64,000 nt of DNA from Eledone cirrhosa (lineage: Eukaryota). Shown piece by piece: positions 52,301-64,000 of the stretch; the stretch's first letter is position 1, and each line of letters opens with the position of its first letter. A model generated the notes under the pieces. It was not told the origin of the DNA. It saw only the letters and a program-made list of their open reading frames with translations, and ran no database searches. Location: contig OZ024747.1 in the NCBI GenBank assembly GCA_964016885.1, forward strand, positions 69,564,001 through 69,628,000. The letters run 5' to 3'. A program made the position numbers and the translations under genes.

Positions 52301-53904
52301 AGAGTTACTCCAGGTAGAGCCACTACTTCTCTGAATTGTTTTGAGGTCTTCATAGCCTCATCATCGGGATAGAAATTAACATATTTGTGGTGTATTGCTC
52401 CCATGCTTGATTTTCTATCACATAAAATGCATAAATGTTTTAATCCAGTTTTGGGATTGCTTCCATCACCAAATGTTCTCAATTACACAGATGGAAACAT
52501 GATGCTACTACTATAACATTTTAAGTCCTGTTTATAGCAATAAGGTAATATCAAATCCCTCATGCCTTTCTCATACAAGAATTAAAGTATTTCCTATAAG
52601 CAGTATACCTATGTAATACATTTTTAATGAATGGGGAGGATGAGATTTTTCTTTGATGCCATATTACAAATTACATTTAGTTAGTGAAAAAACTTTCAAA
52701 TATATTTTTACAACCAAAAAGATTGTTTTCATACTTCAAGTATAAGGTTGACTTAATTTCATCTTTACATCATGTCATGGAAGATGATATACTACTCACA
52801 TGATGAAAACAAAAGCTTAGGGAAAAAAAGAATTCCAGAATCTGAGGGAATGGATGATGGCCTGCACTGGTCAATAGCAGAGTTCATAGGAGTGTTTGGT
52901 AAGTTCAACTGTTGTGAGGAAGAAAGATTCTAATATTTTGTGTCTTGAAAAAGAAAGTGAAAGTGGTATTGCTTTTTTGCTTTTATTTCCTTTCTTTATT
53001 TTCATAGAAAGGGTAAGAGTGCAAAAAGATAGAATCTAATTCCTTACAGCAATTAGTTCTCTCAAAACACTTTTATGAACTTTCCTTATATTTAAAAAAA
53101 AATACAATCTTGGGAATTCTAAGAAAACGAAAAGGAGAAAGATGGATAGAATTTTAAAAATGAAACAAATCAAAATATCATCCAATACTTGCTAGCAGGG
53201 AAAATGGATGTTGAATGATGATGGTGATGATGTTATAAGAAATATATTTTCATGAAACAAACAATGCTTCCCTTTCCTTTTCCCTCCAAAGAAGAAACCT
53301 AAACTAGAAAACCAAAGAAAAAAAAGAAAAGAAAATTTAAATCAACAGCAATTAAATCGAAACATCGAAAAAAAAACCCAACAAACATTTGTCATCAAGC
53401 ATCTTGAATAAACATCTAGAAAGTTGCAGGTATTTTAAACTTAAGAAAGTAGCAGGTTCTATATATTTGATAAATTACTAATGTCAAAGGTTATGTTAGA
53501 ATCATTTCCTTATGCCTAGTTTACAAAGACATATCGACAATTTGCAGATCAATCAACACAAAAGACATTACAACCAATATTAATAGTTCAGCTTGTTAAC
53601 TGCTTTCATCTGATTGCATCAATGTCTCTAATTTTCAACTAATCAAATGGATCTCATGATAAAAATTCATTAGAAGCTGAGAAAATATGAATGTGTTGTC
53701 AGTGACTTACAGACATATTTGAATAAATTATACTTTGAAGTAGAATTTTCTATTTCAGGGTTATCCAGCGAAGGGAGAGAATTTGATTTGATTCATTGGA
53801 TAGATGTGGTGATCAGGCAAATCATATGAAGAAAATCTATTCCCCAAACAGTATTTAGCTCAAGATTAAATTTATTAAAACCATAGGATCCATTGTAACA
53901 ATAG

Positions 53905-54215
53905 AGCTATTGAAAGGATGAGGGCACATTAGAAGGATGTATCAAAATTATGGATTCTATCATAAGGGTAAATATATCAAAATAATGAGATATATCATAA
54001 CAATATATCAAAATGAGAGGATATTTTGTAAATGATATATCAACATGATAAGTTATACGAATAAGATGAATTCATCAGGATGATGGGTTATATTGTAGAG
54101 ACAGATCTTTTAAAATGATAGGTTGTGCTATTTGGAAAGATTTATCAAAATGATGCTTTGTAATTTTAGGGCAGATTAATCAAAAGGATAGTTCATGTTG
54201 CAAAAGTATATCTAT
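53905..54215. repeat. Degenerate ~31-35-bp tandem repeat, about 8-9 units
   Basis: Recurring ATATATCAAAATGAT-like core at regular spacing. Confidence 0.6.
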
Positions 54216-54287
54216 TTAATATACTAGAAGGCAATATAAAGTTAGACAACTATGTAGACTTGTTTGTATGTAGTGTGAATGTATGTG

Positions 54288-54480
54288 TATCATCATCATC
54301 ATCATCACCATTTAACATCTATTTTTTCATGCTTGCATGGGTTAGACGGGTTGTCCACATTATGATACAAGTCTGGCCAGTAGGCCATACCATATCTTAC
54401 TCAAATGGAACTGTATTTTGAGTGGGAATTTTACAGCTGGATGCCCTTTCTAATAGCAACCATGTTTCCAGTGTAAAACT
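54288..54480 (-). mobile_element. Older RTE 3' UTR fragment
   Basis: (CAT)n, CATGCTTGCATGGGTTAGACGG, TACAGCTGGATGCCCTT. Confidence 0.7.
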
Positions 54481-54559
54481 AGGTGTCACTGTTATGAGGA
54501 GGGTCTGACCAGTTGGTCACGCCATACCCTTCTCTTTCTCTCTATATATATATGTGTGT

Positions 54560-55335
54560 GTGTCAGGTCCCTCTTCAGCACTACTAGTAACATGTGATCC
54601 TGTGAATGGTTAGGTCATTGGCAGCTAAACCCACTAAGCCTGCTTGGTGAGGATGATGAGGAGGGTGATTTCAGACACCCTACAGGATGAAAAACAAATC
54701 CATCAAAGGGCATAGGAACTCAGGACAGTCAACGGCCATCCATTAAAGGAATTTTTTTTTGAGGCAGGCAGTGGAGTGAGAGAGTCCTAGTCTTCATTAA
54801 GACATCTCTTTAAGAGAAGGTCACTGATATAAAAACTGACTTATTTTGCATCCACTTCTACTTTATGGGTAAATGCATTCAATGGGATTGGCTTCATGCA
54901 AAGCTTTTCCTCACTTAAAAAAGCTTCAAGCACAGGCATCACTTGATATGTGGCATCTTTTGCATTGCATGGCATGGCTGGCCATAGGAAAGTATTGAGC
55001 ATAACTATTTCTCAAATGGTATTGGAGTCTTTCTTTCCTACTTACTAGAACTTAGGAGAGAAATGCAGCAGCCATGCTTCATTGGATGTGCAATGTAAAT
55101 ATGAGAGAAAGGCAGAGCGTGGGTGAACTGAAGGAAACACTGGGTTTAAGAGGAATCTGATGTGGTTTGAGTGATAGCAAACTGCGTTGGTATGGACATG
55201 TGATGTGTATGGATAATAATCACTAAATGAAAAGTGCCAGGAAATCCCAGTGGAAGGAAGCCGCAGTAGAGGTAGACTGAAGAAGACTTCAGTAGATGTA
55301 AGGAGAGCTGATCTCAAATCAAGGAGACTTAAAAA
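54560..55335 (+). mobile_element. Decayed RTE-related segment (putative 5' UTR joined to RT C-terminal relic)
   Basis: 55050-55330 encodes [40 protein letters not shown]; assignment of the upstream part is inference. Confidence 0.6.
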
Positions 55336-55509
55336 TATTACAAAGCATCCCATCCCACTCAGTCAATCTACCTCCAGCAGGGTTTGAACCCAGAGAACAG
55401 ATCTGGAACACATACTGTAGCATTTAATCCACAAATCTTTCATTTTCCACAAACACTCTCATACATACATTCACATATATATATATAGTACACACACATA
55501 ATGTATATG

Positions 55510-55560
<51 letters not shown>

Positions 55561-56059
55561 TTGTATTATATATATGTGTGTGTGTACTTCACATACATAT
55601 ATACATAAATATTTTCGAACTAAAATAAGCGAATGAAATTAATATGACACTAAAGCTGAAAATTAAGTTTTATATATTGTGGTAATATAGATTTTTCATG
55701 TCTCACTCCTGTTTTCTTTAATAGTTTTCCAATGGCGACTTATTTCACAAAACTAGACCTCATTATCCTTGACAAAATTTTAGTGGTTGCTATAATTACA
55801 TTTGGAATACTTTTACAAGTTTTATACTCATTTTTTATTTTATTATCATCTGTAATCAAAATTTATAATTTGATATCTATATTACATCTGAGCAAGATCA
55901 CAAAACTGCCTGGAGCCCCATAGACAAACATGAACACTACCACAACAGTATGTAGATATATTATGGCATCAATCCAGACCTTACCTATTGGTAGATAGTA
56001 AGATAATTATACTGGGCAGCTGGATTGTGCAGTTATTCTATATGACATATACATAATGT

Positions 56060-57808
56060 GTATTTTATTGTATTCAGTAGTAAGCTTCAAGAGCTTAGTA
56101 TAACTAATAAGCTGTAGAACACATCACAATCACAAGAAGTATTTTTCTGCGATATATGTATGACCATGTCAACACTTACCGCTCCCCCCAAATTACCATC
56201 AGGAGACACAACTTTGTGATATCCTCAGAGCTGCTGCCAGGAAACAGCCACTTATGTTTTTATTGCAGGCAACTTCAATCACCCTGAGATTAATTGGGAA
56301 ACCTTTGGCTGCAAAGTGCAAATGATTTCCTTGAGCTAGTGCTGGACTCAAACTGGTCCCAAGTAGTACCCCCCCCCCCCCTCAACAAGAGGTGACAACA
56401 CTTTGGATCTACTCTTTACCACTACTCATGAAATGGTTATTAGTGTTACTACTGAGGAACCTTTAGGTGACTGATCATGCTATGATCATTGCCAAGCTGT
56501 CTCTTATGGGCAGTAACAAAAACCACAACCATCTTCAAACTGCTTGCTTTGACTGGAATAAAGCAGACTGGAACTGTTATTGCACCAAGCTACAATGCAC
56601 AAACTGCCTTGAATTCTACGACTCTGGAGATGTGAACTCTATACTTCAGAACATCCTGAACTCAATATGGACAGCATGTGCAGCATCAGTACCACGTAAG
56701 CAAACAAAAAAAATCCCCAAAGTGCAATTTGGGAGACTGCAGCAGTCCGACTTGCCAGGAAAGAACGTTGTAATGCTGAATGGGAATACAAACTGTATAA
56801 ATCAGATATCAATAGAAAAAAGCACAATAAATCATCCAACCATCTCAAGCAGGTGAAAAAAAGGCAGTGCTTGAGTTTGAACAGTGCATAGCAACCAACC
56901 CCAAGAAATATGTACATTCAAATCAGAGATGTCACTCTCCAGTTGGTCCTCTTCGCAATCGCCACAAGCCATATTACTGACGATCCCAAAGAATGCACAG
57001 AACTAATTGCTGAATGCTATGCAGGCATTTTTACTGTTGAAAACCAAAACGTACAATCTCCACCACCTCTAACATCAAATTCTATAGCAACTATAGAATT
57101 TACACCTGCAATGCAGCAACATCACCTTAAGAATAAGCACAAATATGCCTCTCCTGGTCTTGATGCTGTTATGTACCTGCTTCTCAAACATGGTGGGTAC
57201 TTTCTTCTGCACCAGCTTTCACTCTTTTTTCAATTCTGTCTTAACAGCAGTGGAAAACTGCCAATGTCATTCCTCTGTTCAAAAAGGGTAACCGCACATC
57301 ACCTGTCAACCATCATTCAGTCAGTCTTACTAGCTGCATTGCCAAACTGATGGAATCCTATGCCAGAGAAACACTCAAGAACTTCTGGAATTCTCATAGC
57401 TTTATCTGGCCCTACAATTTGGATTTCTCCCTAACTCTAGCTGCTGTGATCAACTTATCGAGTTTCTTGAAGATATTCCCCGCATCACTTATGGTGACTC
57501 ATGTTGTCGATGTTGTTTACCTTGACTTTGCTAAAACTTTCAATTCTGTGCCACACAAAAGACTTATGGCAAAACTCTCTGCAGTTGGTGTTGGGACACT
57601 GCATCCTTTAAAACTTCCATGCTTCCTGAAATTTGCCACCACTACACCTGATATCCCTCCTCCATACACACGCATACATGTATATCATGACTCATACACT
57701 GTTCACTTTCCTGAAATTTGTACATTATTCTATGTACTATACATGCATTCAATGAGTTGTAGTGCACTGTACACAATTTCATTATTATTATGATTATTAT
57801 CATTATAA
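56060..57808 (+). mobile_element. Decayed CR1-type LINE (APE and partial RT, internal deletion, (ATT)n tail)
   Basis: IAGNFNHPEINW, TRGDNTLDLLFT, TDHAMI, SPGLDAV, WKTANVIPLFKKGNR, SLTSCIAKLMES, DVVYLDFAKTFNSVPHKRL. Confidence 0.85.
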
Positions 57809-58047
57809 GTGAGTGTATATGCTGACATGAGTGTGATAGCTAAAATAGTCTGTTGAGCAAAAAAATAAAATTTAACTTAATATCACACCTATAATAGAAA
57901 GAGAAAACATGATAGTAGAATACTGCAAAATAGACAACACTAAAATCTAAATTGATTTAAAATTAACTGGGCTCATTCAATCTGGAGAGAGTTTTAGTGA
58001 ACTATTTTGACAAATATAAACATTTTTCATCTTTACATAAACTTTGT

Positions 58048-58474
58048 TAGCCTGCTCTGTAGGATCTGTGGCGAGAAAGAGGAAACTGTGGCTCACATTG
58101 AATTGAAGTGTAAACACCTATCCCAGACTCATTTTAAGAGTCATGATATCATAGGTAAAGTGATCCACTGGCATTTATGCAAACTGAATGTTTTACCCCA
58201 CTTTGTGAAGTGATAAGAGCATAAGCCATAGTCAGTGTTAGACAGGGATTGGGCGAAAGTGTTGTGAGATTGCAGGATGTAAACAGATAAAGAATTAAAA
58301 TACAATAAAACTGGCCCAAGAAAAACACTTCAAAAGGGGTGTCTACTGGAAACAGCACGGACCCTCCAATAGGTCATGAATATCTGAGGCTGCAGGTAGT
58401 GGATTGATGCTCATTTGGACAATTTTTCTGGTTAACTAACATCAATGATTGAGATATCAAATTCATAATAATAA
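58048..58474 (+). mobile_element. R4/Dong-type LINE 3' relic ending in (TAA)n
   Basis: LCRICGEKEETVAHIELKCKHL..SHDIIGKVIHWHLCK; QKGCLLETARTL. Confidence 0.7.
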
Positions 58475-58783
58475 TAATTGCTTCTACTTTTGGCACAAGG
58501 CCAGCAATTATCCCAGTGCATGACTGGTACTTCATTTTATCGACCCCAAAAGGATGAAAGGCAAAGTTAATTTGGCGGGTTAGAACTCAGACTGTAAAGG
58601 GCCCTAACTCTATGCTGCAAAGCATGGCATCCGACTCTCTATCGATACTGCCAATCCACCGCCCTTATAATAATCATTGTTTCTACTTTTGGCACAAGGC
58701 CAGCAAATTACCCAGTGTATCACTGGTATTTTATTTTATCAACCCCGTAAGGATGAAAGGCAAAGTTAACCTCGGCGGGATTT
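58475..58783 (-). mobile_element. Two tandem family A SINEs (the second 5'-truncated)
   Basis: Family A consensus, (AAT)n linkers. Confidence 0.9.
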
Positions 58784-59729
58784 AATAATAATGATACTCC
58801 AGTACATTCTTCATCTATACTGCCTGACAAAGTAGTAGTAGAGTAATAATAAACAACTTGATTGGGGGATGGCACAGCATATATATAGAAAAGACACTGG
58901 GATTGAACAAAAACAATGAAGGGCTAAGCTATAATCGAAAATAAATTGAGAGAGCTTAAAGCTGTTGCAATAAGATGCTAATGTGCTTTGTGAAAACTGA
59001 TCTCAATTTGCTGAAGTTCACAGAAGGGATGACAAAAGAATATGGGTAGAGTGATGCTGTGCTAAAAAAGACCCCTCCAACACATGCAAGCCTGGAAAAG
59101 CGGGCATAAAATTATGATATATATCACACAATACACACCATTACTATGCATATATATATATCACACAACACAAAACATTATAACATTACGCATATCATCA
59201 CACAGCACTACAACACATATCTATATCAAACAACTTGAAACATTTCAAATCATTACATCTTAATTTGTATCTGATGTTCAATAGAAAGCAGAAATAACAA
59301 AATATGAAACTAAACAGAAAGCAAAATAAGCCAAATCTAACAAAAGAAAACATTATTTGATAATCTATCTATATACTAGTAAAACTCTGTGATTGCTTGT
59401 TTGCATGTAATGTAATGCAGCCAAAAGGGCACATAATGGGAAAATACTTTGAAAGGAAGTTGACCCTGAAATGGGAATACAAATGGAATAAAACAAGTTT
59501 CACATAAATCAGTGTACGGGTTCCCGAGATTTAGGGTTTTCTGGGTACCTTCATAAATATAGAGAGAGAGGAGACAGAGAAGGAAAATGGGAGAGAGAGA
59601 GAGAGAGCTGAGGGTGTTGTTGAATGAAATTACAACTGGTGGCTTCAAAGAAACGAATACAGCCTTACTGTATCCTGCTAAATAGAAAGGGTTTCTAAGT
59701 GTGTGTATATGTGTGTGAATATATATATA

Positions 59730-61355
59730 TAATGAAGGAAGTGTGGTAAGAAACCAGGTGGAACACAATGCACCAGAGTATTCGATACTTAGGGTAGTAG
59801 AGTGGGTAATAGGAAAAGGTTCAGGACCCCGATGGCAGAACTCAAGCCGTTTTGACGGCTATTTCTGGACTAAATTAGATTTTTAGCATGGTAATAAATA
59901 ACCGAACTTTTCAAGGGGTAATTCCTTATATGGGAAGATTTCCTATGATCGGATTATTCTTACTACATAAACTCATTGAAATGTTTCCTGCTTTCGGCGG
60001 TGGATTGTACTGAGACGATGGGCTCCTTACCCTCAAAGGGTACAACCCCACTAGTACGGACCGGGTCCGTAAACACCTAATCAACTTATTCCGAGACTGG
60101 GGTTTTAAAATCACCCTACAGACGTCCCTAACCTGAGTCAGTTTCCTGGACGTTACCCTCAGCCTTGAAAATTACCTGTACTATCCATACAGGAAACCAA
60201 ACGACAACCTAAACTACATCCACCGCTGTTCTAACCATCCTAGAAACATCACCAATAACCTGGTTAAAAACATCTCCCTCCACATATCTCGTTTGTCCGC
60301 TAATGAGCAGATATTCGATGAACATGCGGCCTATTACAACTAGGCCTTCAAGTGAAGCAGCTTTCAGGAGGAAATCTCATTTTACCCTGGCTCCCCTAGC
60401 GGAACCAACAGGTGACGCCGCCGCTCACGTCACGTAATGTGGTTCAACCCTCCCCACAATGCCGAGGCTGCAACACCAATCGGGAAAATCTTCTTTAGAC
60501 TCCTCAAAAAACACCTCCCACCAAAACACTGCTACCACAACATAATCAACAAAAACACTATCAGATTCTCCTACAGCACCACACCCAACTTCGCACAAAA
60601 CATCGCCTCCTCAAACAACAAGAAACTCAACTCCTATGGAAGAAACAACCTAGACATTAGTGGAGAGCCGACCAGGAGGTGTAACTGCCCTAATAGAAAC
60701 GTGCCCCCTCAACAATGGTAGATGCTGTGATCTACCAATGCAATGTGAGGACGGAAAACCCCAACAAAGCCTATATAGGATTAACCGCCTGTGACTTTAA
60801 GACCCAGCTCTACCAACACCAACATACGTTCAGAAACACAGCCCAGCGACATGCCACTACACTTTCGGGCCACATCTGGGACCTCCAAGATAATAACATC
60901 ACATACCATCTTACTTGGAGCTTACTTTCCAGGGCTAACTCCTACATGGGAGGACACCGTCCGTGTAACTTATGCTCGGAGGAAACAATACAAATGCTGT
61001 TTACGAAGGACCAACTCCTAAACAAAAAAGACGAACTTGTAACCGCATGTAAACACCGATTGCATAGGTCTTACCTTGCCTTCAAACCCCCTCATGGCCT
61101 GGGTGGGTAGACAGTGGCTGTAACATCCTTCTTTTCCCCACTTGCCGAACAAGACAGGGGAAACCCCAGCATACATAGATAGATGTAATTCTTTTCTTTT
61201 TTCCCTTTATGCCTTCCTATCACTTCCTTCCACTCCCTCTCCTCTTCCTCTTTCCTCTACCCTGAGGCAGCCCATCGGGCTTTTGTAGCCTAGTACCCCC
61301 ACCCCCACGAATTCTATATAACAATGGCTGAAAACGCAATACCAGCTAAAAATAT
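59730..61355 (+). mobile_element. 5'-truncated Penelope-like element with inverted terminal segment
   Basis: RT and GIY-YIG relic at 59935-61110; inverted terminus at 59730-59900; ACCA(T)GCTAAAAAT shared in opposite orientation at about 59880 and 61345. Confidence 0.9.
59935..61110 (+). pseudogene. PLE RT C-terminus and C-terminal GIY-YIG endonuclease (stops and frameshift)
   Basis: GLY*DDGL (YRDD), FLDVTL, YRKP, SNHP, WFNPP, SYSTTPN, CNC, VIYQC..YIGLT..FK, CNLCSEE, LLNKKDEL..CKH. Confidence 0.9.
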
Positions 61356-63003
61356 AGTAGCTGTTTTAGACTCTAGTTTTTTTGTTTTTTTTTAATTTTA
61401 TAATTTTCAGATTCCTGTATAATTCTATTTTTGCTTGCTTTCTAGCTAGCCTAGTTCACCCACGCTCCTTAGAATTTGTATAGAATTTACTTTTAACGCT
61501 TGACCGGCTTCACCCACTCCCTCATTGTTCTACAGGCCCTATGACACCGTCAAGAGTTATGAGACCATAACATAACAACTATGGCATAAGCAACTTTCCT
61601 ATTATTAAGCTTGTGTTTGGAACAAACTTTTTTTACATAAATATCTTAGATAGAATGAAAGGAAATTTCAGTTGGTTTAATATCAAAAGAGTAAATGAAA
61701 CAACAAACACTAGACATCAGAGCCAAATCATTTCCTGCTTCCTAAAAGAAGGACCAAGCTATTAATCAGAAAATTCAAAATCAGATGAGACAACTATGTA
61801 TTTATGATTATCACCTACAATAAAAATCAAAAGAAATTAGATAACATTTTTAAAATGTTATAGAGAATGATATATTAATTAAAGAAATTTTAAGAAAATT
61901 ATCTTAATATATAGTTTTGTCTATGAATGTTATTACATAGGTAATAGTATTTTATCAACAACAGAAAATCTATTTTCTGCTCAAGTGCAATACACAATCC
62001 AGATGATGATGGTATTTTGATTGGGCAGTTTTAATTTAAGTATTCATGCCAATAGGTTTTCCGTTAATAATTGATTCTGTTGCTTCTATTATAATCTTCA
62101 GCTGTAAGCAATGTGTTTCCAATTTACAATTCACTTACTGGGATATGTAACGTTGCCTTCTTTCTGTAATTGTAAGGTCATTATATAATTATATATGCAT
62201 TAGTAATTATGGCCAAAGACAAGCTGACAGAGTATTCTGCTGAGGTGCAAAATGTTCCGCCTTGGTGAATAGCCATGTCGATTTTCAATGCACGCCTGTG
62301 ATCAGGTCAAAAGGGTATTGATTATAATTATTGATTAACTTTCCTTCCACACCGTTTGAAGTAGTCAATTGAGAGACTATTTTCTAATGTAATAAAGTGT
62401 TAGTATTTTGCAGTTTATATTGAACCCTTTTTCAAAGATTAAACATTTCCTCAAATTAGTTAAATTATTTAGAATAATGAGGAGAAAAATCCAAAATAGA
62501 AAAATGTCAGCTAAAAACTATTGTACAGAAATTTCTGAGAATTTTTCTTGTCCTATCAATCAATTTCCATGTCAATTGATAGGACATCTGATGTCAAGAT
62601 GGAAAAACTTCTATAGAGAATTTGTCCCACTATATATACATTTCATCTTTGTAACTCAGACAATAACAAATTATCAAGTTAGCAAATATTTTCACAGTAA
62701 AATTCAAACATATTTATGTATTAACTCTTTTTAAGTAGACATCTATAATCATCAGACTACTGAACATTACTAGAACTAGCAGATAACATTACCAACGCAC
62801 AGTAAACTACATTTTATTTTATGTAAATTATATTAAATATGAGTCACTTATATATGTTTTATTTCCACCACCTACTATATCAATTCCTTTGGTGGCCAAC
62901 AAAATGTAGTCATATGTTTACCCTGTGTATTGTTGATTATATACATATACATATATACAAACAAATGTATGCACACGCACACACACATATGTGTGTATGT
63001 GTG

Positions 63004-63036
<33 letters not shown>

Positions 63037-63069
63037 CATCATGTCCATTCTTCCACGCTATATATATAT

Positions 63070-63834
63070 ATCATCATCATCATCATCATCAACGTTTAAC
63101 GTCCGTGTTCCACGCTTGCATGGGTTTGGACGGGGGTAGTCCCACTTGAGGCAAGAGTGATTGTCTTGCTCGCATAGGACTGTCTGGCAGGTTTTCTACA
63201 GTTGGATGCCCTTCCTAACACCAACCACATTTACAGTGTGGGTCTGGGAGGTTTTTACCGTGTTGCCTACACGGCCACATTACAGCGTGGACTGTGTGTT
63301 TTTTTGTCGTGACACCTACACGATCTCATTTGTTTCGGCCTCGATGGCGCGGCACCAACATAACTTTACATAGAACGGGGTGGTGTGGATCGGGTGGGGG
63401 TGGGGGTGGTGGGACGGGGTGTATTTTGTTAGAGATGCCTACTGGCTGGAGTAGGTTTTACTATATATTTAGGTAAGGCGGGTCTTCTCTGTTACTGAGT
63501 ACCGCCAAAGGTCTCGGTCCAGTGACATTGTCTTGGAGAGGTGTAAGTGTGTGATGTCGGAGTTTATCAGCTCGTCCCAGGTTTTTCTAGGTCTGCCTAT
63601 TCCGTGACTACCGTCTATCTTTATTGCCCTGCACTTTGTTATACAGCTATCGACTTTCATGCGCATCACGTGTCCATACCAACGTAGCCTTCTCTCGAGT
63701 AAACAACATCTGATCCCTCTTATCTCTAATTTTTTCCTTAGTTCGTTTATGCTTTGCCGTTCACGTATATTACTGTTACACATCCAGCGGAGCATGCAAG
63801 CTTCGTTCCTCTCTAGTCTGCGTATATCCTCTGC

Positions 63835-63837
<3 letters not shown>
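63070..63837 (-). mobile_element. 5'-truncated young RTE LINE (C-terminus and 3' UTR with single unit)
   Basis: ORF 63469-63795 nearly identical to the C-terminus of 32330-34135; (GAT)n tail; (TA)n on both sides. Confidence 0.95.
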
Positions 63838-63883
<46 letters not shown>

Positions 63884-64000
63884 GATTTGATCAGAACTTT
63901 GATTCTTATAACTTATATATAACTGCTCTGTAAAACATCTAATGTTAGTACATTGAGCTATTTAACTTACTGGTAATAAGGTAGTAATATATGACTGCCT

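Noticed and set aside
53905-54215. CRISPR-like periodicity
   Set aside because: Eukaryotic context, degenerate repeats, related intervening sequences and no cas genes
60008-60019. In-frame TGA in PLE motifs (Y*DD here; STT*AL at about 3427) as possible selenocysteine
   Set aside because: Both positions are conserved Arg, so CGA-to-TGA CpG decay explains them; the copies carry other stops and frameshifts

Overview
AT-rich, microsatellite-saturated eukaryotic DNA. The SINE, LINE and MITE repertoire resembles that of octopod cephalopods (inference from recalled consensus sequences). I found no convincing host protein-coding gene, and most ORF-track entries are translations of (TA)n, (CA)n or (GGT)n repeats. 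The window is a patchwork of transposable elements: several copies of a young RTE-clade LINE with a PHD-type zinc finger inside its RT (one with an open reading frame of about 610 codons), a young 5'-truncated L1/Tx1-type LINE inside a (TCTA)n array, CR1 and R4/Dong-type relics, a decayed mariner, two MITEs, three tRNA-derived SINE families (often in tandem or nested), and at least four Penelope-like element (PLE) coding relics. The most notable signal is a recurring non-coding architecture: microsatellite, long foldback hairpin, unpaired extension with a TTGAGTAC-like motif, microsatellite. Several instances carry minimal hammerhead-ribozyme motifs with palindromic stem III, read on both strands because of the palindrome. 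One hairpin is homologous to the inverted terminus of the GIY-YIG PLE at 59.7-61.3 kb.
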